Shown here piece by piece: positions 46,832-59,775 of a DNA stretch of 64,000 nt. Both the position numbers and the translations under genes were made by a program. The stretch is taken from NCBI GenBank assembly GCA_950097015.1, contig CATNEN010000032.1, forward strand, positions 2,046,001-2,110,000. Direction: 5' to 3'. Numbering within the stretch: the stretch's first letter is position 1; each line of letters starts with the position of its first letter. Below the pieces are notes generated by a model. It was not told the origin of the DNA and made no database searches. It worked only from the letters and a program-made list of their open reading frames with translations. The stretch is from Macrostomum hystrix. Lineage: Eukaryota > Animalia > Platyhelminthes.

Positions 46832-49800
46832 ATGACTCCAGAATAGTAAGTATTTTTCATCCTTTCTGAATTTATGAAAATATAGCTATGTTTAAAAAGA
46901 ACGAGGCCTTATTCTTGATTTCCTTAGTCCAACATACATTTACTTATTAACCATAATGTTATATGCATAAAACTAGATTAAACATGTATATAATACACTG
47001 GGTATTATATTTCAGTGGAACAAGAAAAAATGTGCTTGTAGAATTCTTTCATATTATGTTGTTAGCTGTACAAAAATAATTAAATAATCCAATTTACTTT
47101 GTTGCCTTTTTGTTAAGGAAAACACCCACGAATCTGTACGTGTAGTTGTTTTGCTAGCTATATTATTGATTGTTTAATCAGACTTTATGATAATGAAGTT
47201 AATTTTTTGTTGAAAAGTTTCAGTTTTTTATATGGCATCATGGTGATTGTGGCATTTTGAGTAATCAAATATTTAAAGAAGAGAATTATAAATTTAATTA
47301 GTAAAAGGACAACCCAAAAAGATATTATTGTATATATATTCTTTGAGAGTCTTTGTGCCAAAATATAGCATTCAAAGCTAATATAGTTTAGCAGAAACAT
47401 GTGTTTTACATTTTTCAAAAGTACACTTTTTTATTGTCTTAGTGCCCTCTCTTCAATTTGCTATTCTGCTGTTGTCTCCAATTACTTAAGGTTTATTCAC
47501 TTTTTGAAATTCACTAGTGTACTACCAGTAGGATTATATTAAACTATGGATTTACTATATATCTATAAATGACTTCCAGATATCTGATGTTATGACAATA
47601 ATTCTAGCCTTCGTAATGAAAGACTCCTTTCTTATATGTATTTCTGTAGGTAGCGATTTGCGTGTGTCCAAGCGGCAAGACACTTTAATAATAACTTGTC
47701 ATAATGCACTTGTTTATTTATAATTTTCTACAATACATACTGATTTGAGTTTCCAGTCCTAGTCGGGTTACCAATAGACTAGAGTTGCCCAGTCAATCAC
47801 ACAGTCTGAATGACTCCCTTGCTTTTAATTCTAATACAGCTGGCTTTGTCTCAATAGGGAATTTATCAAATAAGTAAGACAATTTTTTAATGAGAATAAG
47901 TAAGACACTGTTTAATTTGCAAGTGAGTGTGGAACTCTGGTTACTTTCTTCCTCAATTTCTCCCTGTATTTATATAATAAAATTGGGGTGGCATACCCCA
48001 CTAAAACATGGACCTATTTAAACAAAATTTATATGGTAAAATATTATTTCATGCCAATTCAACTTTTGAAATACTTTGAAAATATTTGATAATGATATGC
48101 TGCCTCACTATTTTACTTTTTTAGTACATTTAATATACTTGTATTATAGTTCAAGACTTTCAAAATGGTAGTGATAGTTATATTCAGCAATCACTAACAA
48201 TAGTCATTTGTTTTTAGACCTTTAAAACTTTTAGAACTTAGGTTTTTATATCTATGGCACACACCAAATGCAATGTACTTTTTGACACACTAATTCTCTT
48301 TGATGGCATTAGCATATGGCACATGGCATTCAGCCAAAAAATCCAGATAATTTTTGTTTCAGTATACATACTGCACCTTCCTGACTATCGAACTCTTGTA
48401 GATATAGTAGAAAATATATTCTTAAAAAGGACTAACTAAGAAACTGTCACAATTTTTTTACTAAACTGTTTCACTTTAAATTATTCAACAACTAGGATTA
48501 TTCAATATATATATTTGCATATTTTAATTGTACATTGCTACCTGTATATACAATTTTAAGTTAGTACAAATGTACATGTACTAATGCTTAAAATTGTAAA
48601 ATGTCTTGAATATTTTGAGGTTCTTTATCAGAAAGAGTTATTTGGTAAAATTTCCTTAAACTCTACAGACATTTTCTTGGTCAATATAGGCCAACTGAAT
48701 ATATGTTAAAAATGATTTTCTTAAATTAAGTTTTTGATTAAATCAACTCATTCACAACAAGATCATATTTCCTGTACGTTGTTGTCTACTATGTAAATTT
48801 AATCCTTGTTTAACCAGTTTGATAATTTGTCTTATCCCTACACCAATGCTCCTGCGCCACTATCAGCGACTACCTATTCAAGCTGCTGCTAATTGGCGAC
48901 TCTGGTGTTGGCAAGAGCTGCCTGCTGTTGAGATTCGCCGATGACACCTACACTGACAGCTACATCAGCACCATCGGAGTGGACTTCAAGATTCGCACGA
49001 TTGAGCTGGATGGAAAGACCATCAAGCTGCAGGTTAGAAATTATGTGCTTGGCAGATTTACTCATTTTATTTTCTGTTATTATCTTCACTGTCATTGTCT
49101 GTTCTATGTCTGTCATCTTGTCTCTACTCTGACTGTCATCTCGCCTTTACACTGACTGTCATCTCGCCTGTACACTGACTGTCGTCTCGCCTGTACACTG
49201 ACTGTAATCACGCCTTTACACTGACTGTCGTCTCGCCTGTACACTGACTGTAATCACGCCTGTACACTGACTGTCATCTCGCCTGTACACTGACTGTAAT
49301 CACGCCTTTACACTGACTGTCATCTCGCCTGTACACTGACTGTCATCTCGCCTGTACACTGACTGTAATCACGCCTTTACACTGACTGTCATCTCGCCTG
49401 TACACTGACTGTAATCACGCCTTTACACTGACTGTCATCTCGCCTGTACACTGACTGTCATCTCGCCTTTACACTGACTGTCATCTCGCCTGTACACTGA
49501 CTGTCATCTCGCCTGTACACTGACTGTAATCACGCCTTTACACTGACTGTCATCTCGCCTGTACACTGACTGTAATCACGCCTGTACACTGACTGTAATC
49601 ACGCCTTTACACTGACTGTCATCTCGCCTGTACACTGACTGTAATCACGCCTTTACACTGACTGTCATCTCGCCTGTACACTGACTGTAATCACGCCTTT
49701 ACACTGACTGTCATCTCGCCTGTACACTGACTGTCATCTCGCCTGTACACTGACTGTAATCACGCCTGTACACTGACTGTCATCTCGCCTGTACACTGAC

Positions 49801-51091
49801 TGTAATCACGCCTTTACACTGACTGTCATCTCGCCTGTACACTGGCTCATCACCTAGCCCAGTCTCATCCCAAATGTGTCTCTGACCCGCCCAGATCTGG
49901 GACACGGCCGGGCAGGAGCGGTTCCGCACCATCACCTCCTCCTACTACCGCGGCGCGCACGGGATCATAGTGGTGTACGATGTCACGGATCATGACTCTT
50001 TCAACAATGTGAAGAACTGGCTCCAGGAGATTGAGCGCTACGCCTCAGACAGTGTCAACCGTCTGCTGGTTGGCAACAAATGCGACCTCACCGCCAACAA
50101 GGTGGTGGACTTTGCCACCGCCAAGGTTAGGAAGGGCCATGAAGAAATTTGTTTTCTAAATCTAGCTTGCTCTGCCAATCGTACACATTCAATACTAAAC
50201 CACCACCCAGTGATGGTGATGGTACATTCACTCCTTCCCTTTCTAAGCCATCCACTTCAATGTACATTCACTCCTACCCTTTCTAAGCCATCCACTTCAA
50301 TGTACATTCATCGCTACCCTTTTAAGCCATCCACTTCAATGTACATTCACCGCTATCCTTTTAAGTCATCCACTTTATATATATATTCACTCCTACCCTT
50401 TCTAAGCCATCCACTTCAATGTACATTCATCGCTACCCTTTTAAGCCATCCACTTCAATGTACATTCATCGCTACCCTTTTAAGCCATCCACTTCAATGT
50501 ACATTCACCGCTATCCTTTTAAGTCATCCACTTTATATATATATTCACTCCTACCCTTTCTAAGCCATCCACTTCAATGTACATTCACTCCTACCCTTTC
50601 TAAGCCATCCACTTCAATGTACATTCACTCCTACCCTTTCTAAGCCATCCACTTCAATGTACATTCACTCCTACCCTTTCTAAGCCATCCACTTTAACGT
50701 ACATTCATTCCTACCCTTTCTAAGCCATCAACTTCAATATACACTCGCCACTCGAGCCCTTCAAACCCGCCACCTCATTGTTTATTTGCCCCCTTCTAAG
50801 CCCACCACTCCCTGCCTTCTCCACACTACCAATGTAAACTCAATCAAATGGCCAATCAGATAGTCCCAATCAACTGCTCCCCTTCACCAGGAGTACGCCG
50901 ACGCGCTCGGCATCCAGTTCCTGGAGACCAGCGCCAAGAACGCCACCAATGTTGAACAGGCATTCCTATCCATGGCCTCGGAGATCAAGGCTCGCATGGG
51001 TCCGGTGACGGCCGATCAGAAGACCCGGCCAGCTATCAAAATGAATCCCGGCACTCAGCCAGTGAAATCTGGGGGCGGCGGCTGCTGCTGA
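46832..51091 (+). CDS. RAB1: Ras-related protein Rab1 (203 aa, 4 exons)
   Basis: Exons 46832-46845 (MTPEY), 48867-49032, 49895-50125 and 50891-51091. [70 protein letters not shown]-terminal GGCC. Confidence 0.97.
49129..49844. repeat. 23-bp minisatellite (ctgactgtcatctcgcctgtaca), Rab1 intron 2
   Basis: About 31 direct units in two variants. Confidence 0.95.
50222..50746. repeat. 39/40-bp minisatellite (ccatccacttcaatgtacattcactcctaccctttctaag), Rab1 intron 3
   Basis: About 13 direct units. Confidence 0.95.
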
Positions 51092-51919
51092 ACAATGAGA
51101 GGCTGCTCTCGTATATCGGACAGTGTTTTGCGCTATAATAAATTTACCTAGCAAATTTAATTGTTCTAGTGAGCTGGTGTGAACGCTATTTAATATTTTC
51201 TTCTTTATTTTCTTTTGTAGCCAAGTGACTTAGATTGCGGGATAAATGATTTATTAATTGTTTAACTACAGCATGATGGCAAATATATATAAGTATATTG
51301 TCGTGTCACGAAACCTCCAGAGATAATATAATAATGCCTGTAAGTAGGTAGGCACAATAGGTATACCGCACATGTGTACATGTTTAATTTCCTAATAATC
51401 AATGTTTGACCAGGGTAATCTTCATTGGCAGATGATGCGCTGTTCGTATTCATATAATTAATATTCAGTTACCTTTTTCTGCCCCCGATAGGGTCTTGAT
51501 CACTGACACATAGACTTTAGGTGTGCATGGAAACTATGGTTTAATAAATAGACAAATAATATATGCAGGCACTCACTGATCAGACTTATTGATATACTCC
51601 ATGCTAAGAGATGGCTATTTGGCCTTGTCATTCTTAATCCTACATTCTTCTGTGTGATTTCTTCTTTTGTGTTTTATTTACCATTTACTCTACCTTTTTG
51701 TAATTGTGTCTCCTTAATCCCTGTTTTCCTTAATATTAAGGCCCTTAATAAATATCCACTAAAATCCTAAATCCCTAAACCCTAAGATCCCTGATCCCAA
51801 AGCCTAACGTCCAGGGTCTCCAGGCCTCCGATTCTTATAGTCAATAAAACGCCGAAAAAAGGCCATAAACTAGTTTGTCAACATCCGCTTCACACTACTT
51901 TGCGAGCAGCTTGAGTAGT

Positions 51920-53331
51920 ATGTCACTTGCCGGCGCTCGCTCGCCCTTGCAGTCCTTCCCTGCCTGCGCCTACGCTGCAGCGGCGCCAAACTTGGCGCTG
52001 ATCAAGTACTGGGGCAAGCGCGACTCCCAGCTTATCCTGCCGCTGAACAGTTCTATCAGCGTCACCCTTGACGACTGCCTTATGCGCACGGTTACCATGG
52101 CAACAGCTTCGCCAGACTATTCGGAGGATTCGGTTGACCTGAACGGCAAACCGGCCGAGGTCACGACTCGCATGCGGACTGTGCTCAGGCTGCTGAGGGA
52201 GCGCTGCCGCCGGGGCGGCGACTTCCCCAGCTGGCACGTCAGGTTTGTCACCAGGAACAGCTTCCCCACGGCCGCGGGACTTGCCAGCTCCTCCTCCGGT
52301 CTGTGCGCCTTCGCCGTGGCACTCGCCAGGCTTTACGGAATCATCGGAGGCCAGGAGGAAGATGGGTGTGTGGCTTGGGTACTCACCTGTCAGCTGGGTC
52401 TGTCGTACTTTTGCCAAATCAGGTTTTGAAAGTACTTTTTGGCAGCCAGGCTATTTTTGTCAGCTGGAGTTATGAATGTACTTTTTCAGTGACGATCGTT
52501 AACTGGGTTACCAATGTACTTTTGTCACTTTAGTCCCAGTTCTAACAAATCCGCACCGTCAGAGACCCGGAGACTCTGCGCTGGCTGAGCTCAGTGGCCC
52601 GGCTGGGCTCCGGCTCGGCCTGCCGGTCTCTGTTCGCCGGATTCGCCGAATGGTCCGCTGGCCAGAGTCCGGACGGCGCCGACTCGGTGGCAGCCCAGTT
52701 GGCCCCGGCCGGCCACTGGGATCTGCGCGTCTTGGTCTGCGTGGTGGCCAACGCGGCAAAATCGGCTCCGTCAACTCAGGCGATGGGCCGCACAGTGGCG
52801 ACCAGCCAACTGCTGTCGGCTCGACTCAGCTGCCTGCCAGACCGGCTCGCGGCTACCCGACAGGCCGTCGAGGCCAAGGACTTCCCCGCACTGGCTAGCC
52901 TAACCATGCGAGACAGCAACTGCTTGCATGCAGTGTGCCTGGACACTTTCCCGCCTGTGCACTACCTGACCGATGCCTCCCTGGCTATCATCGACTTCGC
53001 TCATAGACTTAACGACGCTTGCGGCAGAACGGTGGTCGGTTACACGGCCGACGCTGGGCCGAACGTCTGCCTGCTGCTCCAAGCTGAGGATGCACCGCTG
53101 GTCTCAGCGTGTCTGCTAGAGGCCTTCGAGGTTGGCCAGGTGTTGGGTCGACTGGACGGCGAGGGAGACGGTTGCGCCGTGCCGAAAGAAATAGCGCCGG
53201 CATGCGCCAGACAGCCGCACCGGATCGAGTCGCTGCTGCACTGCAGGCTGGGTCGGGGCGCGCTGGACATTCCGGAGTCCGAGGCTGAAGGCTGGTTCCA
53301 TGGAATCGAGCAGCGTGCTAGAATAGATTAA
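51920..53331 (+). CDS. MVD: Diphosphomevalonate decarboxylase (about 404 aa, 2 exons)
   Basis: Exons 51920-52365 and 52563-53331 (phase 2). NLALIKYWGKRD, FPTAAGLASS, GSGSACRSL, DSNCLHAVCLDTFPP, DAGPN. Confidence 0.93.
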
Positions 53332-54455
53332 GAAAGGATTGCAATGCGATCTTTCTCATTCCGGTAACAGCGGAGAGAGCCAGGGAAGAAGGAAATAGAG
53401 CGAGAGAGAATGTAGAGAATGCGAAATTGTGAACGAGCCAGAGCTAGAGGAGTTACAGTAAAATTTTACTGCACGTCTTACATGCGTGAACTTCCAGCAG
53501 TAAATGCAAACGTTCTCAATTAATAATTACGGTCGTAAATCACTTTCAAATTTCATTGCAATTTTCTTTTTTTATGCACTTTTAGCAGTGTCCTGAATTT
53601 TTTAGGATCAAGGCGCGACTTACGCGGGACAAATACACATTAGTACAGCTGTTTGAATTTTACTCCTTTGTTGTAGTTTTCTGGATGAGTAATTTTCTTG
53701 ATTATTTAGTTTTTTCTTCGGCGACGGCAATGTCGCACTCTGATCAATTTTTATTAATTTTTGTTGCGACAATAGAAGAATATGTTCTTATTAAAGCAGC
53801 ATATTCTTGACGACCTTAAAGAAACAGTGGCCTCACACTTGTAGTTTGATGAGCGCTAGCGAGGAATGAGAATCCATTTCTGTATTTTGAGTACTGAGTA
53901 TTGGAAACTGAATATGGCAGTACAACAGATTTATTGAGATCTATATGATTGGCATCTTTTGGGGGTTAATTTAGCTAGTCTATATCACTAATTTCACTGC
54001 CACGTGGACCCGAACTGCAAATGCATGAAAAACATTAACTATGCATTTAAAATTTACAAATTGAACAGACTTGCAAAGAAAAGCAAAACGATATTTTCTA
54101 ACGAACATGCGATTTCAATTCACGCGTCTACGATTACTTGTTTTATTTAAATGACTAGATTTATTTTTATAGCATGATCATTCTGAGTTCAAAGGTTTGT
54201 CAACTTTCTATTCTATGGCTTGCGCCTCACTAAACTCGCAGACTGAGTCAGTCCTCTTTCAAAGCTTCTGTGTTGCTTTGGGATTTCTAAAAAATGGGAT
54301 TTAGGTACCTACTTTCTGGACTTTTATCTGACATTGCTATTCGAGAATTACCTTGGGATCTTGGGATCCCTACATCACGATTGGGATCTCTTTGATGAAA
54401 TTGGATTTCTATTTCTCGTTGGGATGCTCTATCGGAATTCCTCAATCTCACTCGA

Positions 54456-57155
54456 TCACAGTTCGTCTTTGCGATGCGCCGCATCGACCGGCTCCGCATT
54501 CTGCGTCAGCTCCTCCTGCGTCTTCTGCCGCAGCAGCTTCTGCTGCTCCTCGAGACGCTGGCGCTTCTCGGCGATGGCCTGCGCCTCGGCCGACTGTCTC
54601 TCGCCCTGCAGATGGTCCACCATAATGTCCACCACCCCGGACACGATGTTGTGCAGTTTCTGCGCCTCGTCGCGCTCCGCCTTGCTCATCTTGCTGCCGC
54701 CTCCGATGCCTTGGACAACCTTGCCGCTGGTGCCGCTGAGCAGCTGGTCTATGGCGAAGGTTTCCCGTTCCAGGACTCGATCGATGGGCGCGCCCTGAGT
54801 TTGAAGAGAACACGGCTGCTCAAATCCGGATCGTATTCATCTCATAGCGATTATTTGCCTAAGATCCTCCGCGATCCCAGCCTCTGATCCTCCGTGATCC
54901 CAGCCTCAGATCCTCCGTGATCCCTACATCAGATCCTCCGTGATCCCAGCCTCTGATCCTCCGCGATCCCAGCCTCTGATCCTCCGTAATCCCAGCCTCA
55001 GATCCTCCGTGATCCCTACATCAGATCCTCCGTGATCCCAGCCTCTGATCCTCCGCGATCCCAGCCTCTGATCCTCCGTGATCCCAGCCTCAGATCCTCC
55101 GTGATCCCTACATCAGATCCTCCGTGATCCCAGCCTCAGATCCTCCGTGATCCCTACATCAGATCCTCCGTGATCCCAGCCTCAGATCCTCCATGATCCC
55201 TACATCAGATCCTCCGTGATCCCAGCCTCAGATACTCCGTGATCCCAGCCTCAGATCCTCCGTGATCCCAGCCTCAGATCCTCCGTGATCCCAGCCTCAG
55301 ATCCTCCGTGATCCCAGCCTCAGATCCTTCGTGATCCCGACCCCAATTCCTCCGTTATCCCTACCTCAGATCCTCCGTGATCCCGACCCCAAATACTCCC
55401 TACTCTTAACTGACTTCCCATCCCATTCCCTCCCGATTCCCAGTCTAACCTTGATGAGCTGCCGCAGCAGGCGCTGATAATAGAACACGTAGCGCTTTGA
55501 GTGCGGCAGGTCTCTGGCCGCCTCGGCCACCTGCTGGGACAGCTGGTGCAGGTTACGTCCTAGCACGAGGTCGGCCGCCCTGTCGCGCAGCAGTTGCTCG
55601 ATCTGGACCACCCGGCCGGCTCCGGGCTCTAGCTTGCCGTCCGGCTGCCTGTGCGAGCCGGTCATGTCGTTCACGAAGCCGACGATCTCGTGCAGGTCCA
55701 CGTCGCCTCCGTACCTGGATTTTTGCAACGAATTGGGATTTTGTGATAGAATGGGATTTCTGTGACATTCGGATTTCTGTGACATTCGGATTTCTGTGAC
55801 ATTCGGATTTCTGTGACATTGCGATTTCTGTGACATTGCGATTTCTGTGACATTCGGATTTCTGTGACATTCGGATTTCTGTGACATTGGGATTTCTGTG
55901 ACATTAGGATTTCTGTGACACTGGGATTTCTGTGTTAATGGAAGAACTAGACATTTCTATGAAGTTTTCAGATTATGAGTAGCGAGCCGGGGGGCTCACC
56001 TGACAATATTGTTCTTGTCCCCCCTTGGGAACCACAGCAGCGTCGGGTTCCGCTGCGCCTGGAAGAATCTGGCCAGCTCCGGCTCCTTGGTGACGTCGGC
56101 CCGGCCGAACACCACGTGGTGGCCCTCGTGACGAAAGACGTCGGCGATCTTGTCGTACGTGGCGCAGGGCTGGCCGCACTCGGGTGTGTACAGTGCCAGC
56201 ATGGCGTTGGTCTCGTTGTCCAGGATCACCGCGGCGTAGCTGCTGGAGTTCACGGCCACCGTGGCGCCCGATGTCCAGGGGCTCGTGGATTCGGCCGAGT
56301 CGCCAGCCGGCGGCGCATCCTCCGGCGCGGTCTCCACGGAGGCGCCGCCGTAGAGACTCTCGCCCGAGCGGGTCAGGCCGGCCTTCACCGCGCTCTGCAG
56401 CCGGAGGCCGCGCAGAAATTTCACCAGCGATTCGTCCGAGACCTCGCCGTAGAAGGTGACGGGCGTAGAGGAGTGCGGGAAGGCCTTCACTAACGGCACC
56501 TCTTCAGCGTGGAATCGCATGGCCAGCACCGGCTCCTGGCGCACGTTGATTCGACCGAAGTTCACGTCAGGATGGGAAGCCCGCGTGATTTACGGCCAGC
56601 CTGCGGGATTTGACGTGGCATTTCAGGGATTATGGCTGATTTAGTGGCTTCCAGATCTTGATATCCGTTTCGTAGATATGGATATTGCCGATATCGCCTT
56701 TGTCAATACTGTTTTCGTCGATACCATTTTTCGTCTATACCATTAACTAAACGGTACCCGTTTAGTTGATTCCGATCTTATCGACACCCATCTAGTCGAT
56801 ATCCATTTATTCGATACCCATTTCGTTGATACCCAGTTTTGTCGATACCGATTTCGTCGATATACATTTATTCGATACCCATTTCGTCGATACCAATTTT
56901 TGTGGATACTTTTTTCGTCAATGCCGATTCCTTCGATACCCAACACTACAACAATCAGCCTCACCTCTGCATGACGGTCAGCACTTCAACGCACGGCTGA
57001 CAGCCGGGCGAATAGAACAGTACGAGGGTCAGCGACTTGGTGCCCACAATGTTTCCAATGTTCTTCTCTGTGATGTCCAGGACTCGTTTTGCCAGGGTAG
57101 GCTTTGACAACAGGCAAAGCAGACCTACTAGCAGGAGCAGCTGACGTGTGCGCAT
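54456..57155 (-). CDS. Protein disulfide isomerase family protein, a-a'-D (ERp29-type C-terminal domain), KDEL terminus; apparent 1-nt frameshift
   Basis: Exons 57155-56965 (signal, FYSPGCQPC), 56600-56000 (second thioredoxin fold LYTPECGQPC...NPTLLWFP), 55714-55450 (FVNDMTGSHRQPDGKLEPGAGRV) and 54794-54456 (...RKDEL*). Summed length of 1396 nt is one base over a multiple of 3. Confidence 0.8.
54862..55392. repeat. 22/23-bp minisatellite (gatcctccgtgatcccagcctca), PDI intron 3
   Basis: Direct tandem units. Confidence 0.95.
55720..55935. repeat. 17-bp minisatellite (gtgacattcggatttct), PDI intron 2
   Basis: About 12 direct units, degenerating toward the acceptor. Confidence 0.92.
56650..56945. 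repeat. Degenerate gtcgatacc-containing tandem repeat, PDI intron 1
   Basis: Recurrent tttcgtcgatacc units. Confidence 0.7.
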
Positions 57156-57821
57156 CTTTGCACAGCCTGACAACAAAGCATTCAATGAGCGACAGTCTGT
57201 GCTATAGCTCTGTCTCGCAGTTTTTTTGTGACAAATTTATTTATTGTCCTAACTCAACGCGTTGAGTCGCTACGAGTAATGCTGACGTGTCCGGGTAGGG
57301 TCGGTCAGGGCCCGGTATTAGGCCCTGTAAGCCTGCTAGCAGCTGTTGCCACAGCAAATCTCTATTTTTATTTCTGCCTTATCCTTAATCTTACAGCAGT
57401 TCTCGCTGACTCATTGAGTTTGGGTATTTGAGTTGTTTTTTCTCCTGTGTGTTAGTGTGCATTTCTATAAATGCGCTGATTCTGTATTACAAATTAGCAT
57501 CCTGTCATATCCAGCAGTCTGGGATAGGCCCTCTGAAGGAAGTCTGATGCCCGGCGGCTACTGAGAGGTCGGGGGCTCGAATATTAGACCTTGAATGAAA
57601 ACAACTTGTTTCTGTGTAGGTAAGCCAGCTGAAAAAATGTCTTGCAGCATGTACAGTCCACGGACTGAACAGATGTACGCAACACATTAGCTGCCACTGT
57701 ACATCTGGCCCAACTGGGCTAGGTATAATTTCTAACCATATTCTCAATCTGACGTGCTATCCTTAACCACAAGTAAGTCATGCGAGTTAGTTCTGTTGTC
57801 CTGAAGCATCAGTGGTGAATA

Positions 57822-58098
57822 TTGAATAATTGAATAATTGCAGGAGGGCTGCAGGCAAGGCCACATCATCTGGTGACACCAGACCCGCAGCGACTCCTGA
57901 GCACACACGCACACAGATATCACACAGGTGTGTACATTTGCCCTGACTTTCTCTTCATCAGGCAGTGTACACTCTCACTGTGCCTTGGAGGTTGGCCCTT
58001 CTCTCCGCGGCTGCGCCCCAAATGGATGTGGCCTCGCCGCGGTATCGAGCTCCGGGAGCTTGGTGCGACAGACAAACGCGTCAACCACTCCGCCACCC
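57822..58098 (-). mobile_element. tRNA-derived SINE copy with internal deletions
   Basis: Head GTGGCGGAGTGGTTGACGCG, shared body, (AATAATTG) tail. Confidence 0.8.
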
Positions 58099-58761
58099 AC
58101 CCTCTGCGTCAGTGGGAAAGTGTTGACCTGTCCTGGATAACTTTGTTCAGCATGCAGCCCGAAATTGAAAGAAAGCATTGGATATAAATTCATTGGCATG
58201 ATCCGTTGACTTGCTAAATTGTTAATAAATCATTAAGGGAAAGATTGATGCGTTGGCGCAGTTGCAAAAGTACCTTTGCTTTTCACGCACTAAATCCTGC
58301 GAAACTAACGCGGCCATCTCCGAACCGAAGGGTCCCTGGGGCGTCGGATTTTGATTTGTCGAGTTTATTTTTCACAAAAAATCGCCTACAAGTAATGCTT
58401 TGAAAGTGAATTTTCACATTTCCAAATAATAAAATGAAACTAAGCGTGAAAACTGTTTCAGCAAAAACCTCATCCCCTCAGGACTCGACCGGGCCAGACG
58501 GCCATCTGTCATACTCAGACCCGCCCCACCCTGACTTTTCAATAACTGACCCCAGTCCTGAGCAGGCCTTAGTTATGATCTCTAATTTAAAAAAATTTAT
58601 GATTGAATATGATGTCAAACTCGCTAATCATCAGTTTCGGGTGTACTTCTGCCCTGTCTTTGTTGAATATCTTGTTGCTCTTCTGTCTAACACTTCGATG
58701 AGTTACATTCCATGATATTGATAAAATTGGTATCCTTTTCTCTTATCTCTACCTTCGTCTA

Positions 58762-59093
58762 ATCCCTCCCTTCATTCCATCCCTCCCTTCATTCCATCCC
58801 TCCCTTCATTCCATCCCTCCCTTCATTTCATCCCTCCATTCCATCCCTCCCTTCATTCCATCATTCCATCCCTCCCTTCATTCCATCCCTCCCTTCATTT
58901 CATCATTCCATCCCTACCTTCATTTCATCCCTCCCTTCATTCCATCCCTCCCTTCATTCCATCCCTCCATTCCATCCCTCCCTTCATTCCATCCCTCCCT
59001 TCATTCCATCATTCCATCCCTACCTTCATTTCATCCCTCCCTTCATCTAATCTCTCCCTTCATCTAATCTCTCCCTTCATCTAATCTCTCCCT
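58762..59093. repeat. Pyrimidine-rich minisatellite, about 16 bp (ccttcattccatccct)
   Basis: Direct tandem units. Confidence 0.92.
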
Positions 59094-59775
59094 TTGTCCT
59101 ATCCCGTCCATTATCTCATCTCTCCCCAATTCCCACTCTTTCACCCTTCATCTCGCTATCTATACCCCTATATCTATATTTGCCCCTGCTCTCGATTCCT
59201 TCTATCCGTTCTCTTCCCCAATGCCAGTCTGCTCACCAGCTCAATAGTGCTGATTACAGAGTTTCCTAACGATTCGAGACTGCCAAACAGAAGTGAAAAA
59301 GCAAGCAAGCACTCGGCAGTGTTTACTGCCCTCCCTGCCCCATTGTCTTGAATATGGTTTTATCCTCCTCTCTCTCTTTCTTGGCTTATCCTCTTTCCCC
59401 GACTCCTCTCAAATTTCCTTCTCATTTCCTACTACCCTGTCGCTCATAGGGAAATTATCAGTCAGAGGTTTCCCTTTTGTTCTATATTTAGCAGGGGAAG
59501 AAACACAAAAAGCCAACGCGACGAGGGACAATAACTGCGGGGGCATTGTTGGCTAGCTGCTACAATTCTATTTGCTCATCGAACCAAAGAAACTGCTCGA
59601 CGATTTCTAAGAAGTCAAAAAAACTTATCTGGGCAGAAATTTGCAAGACAAAATTCTGAAAATGCAACCTGACTTGCTCGGAATTGCAAGCACAATTAAA
59701 AATTATCATTGCCTTCGTTTGCTTTGTCATAGAACTATCAAAGATACTGCTGCGATTACTCTGAATCAACAAAGC

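Noticed and set aside
51750-51810. CCCTAA-like run upstream of MVD as interstitial telomere
   Set aside because: Too short and degenerate; only one or two perfect hexamers.
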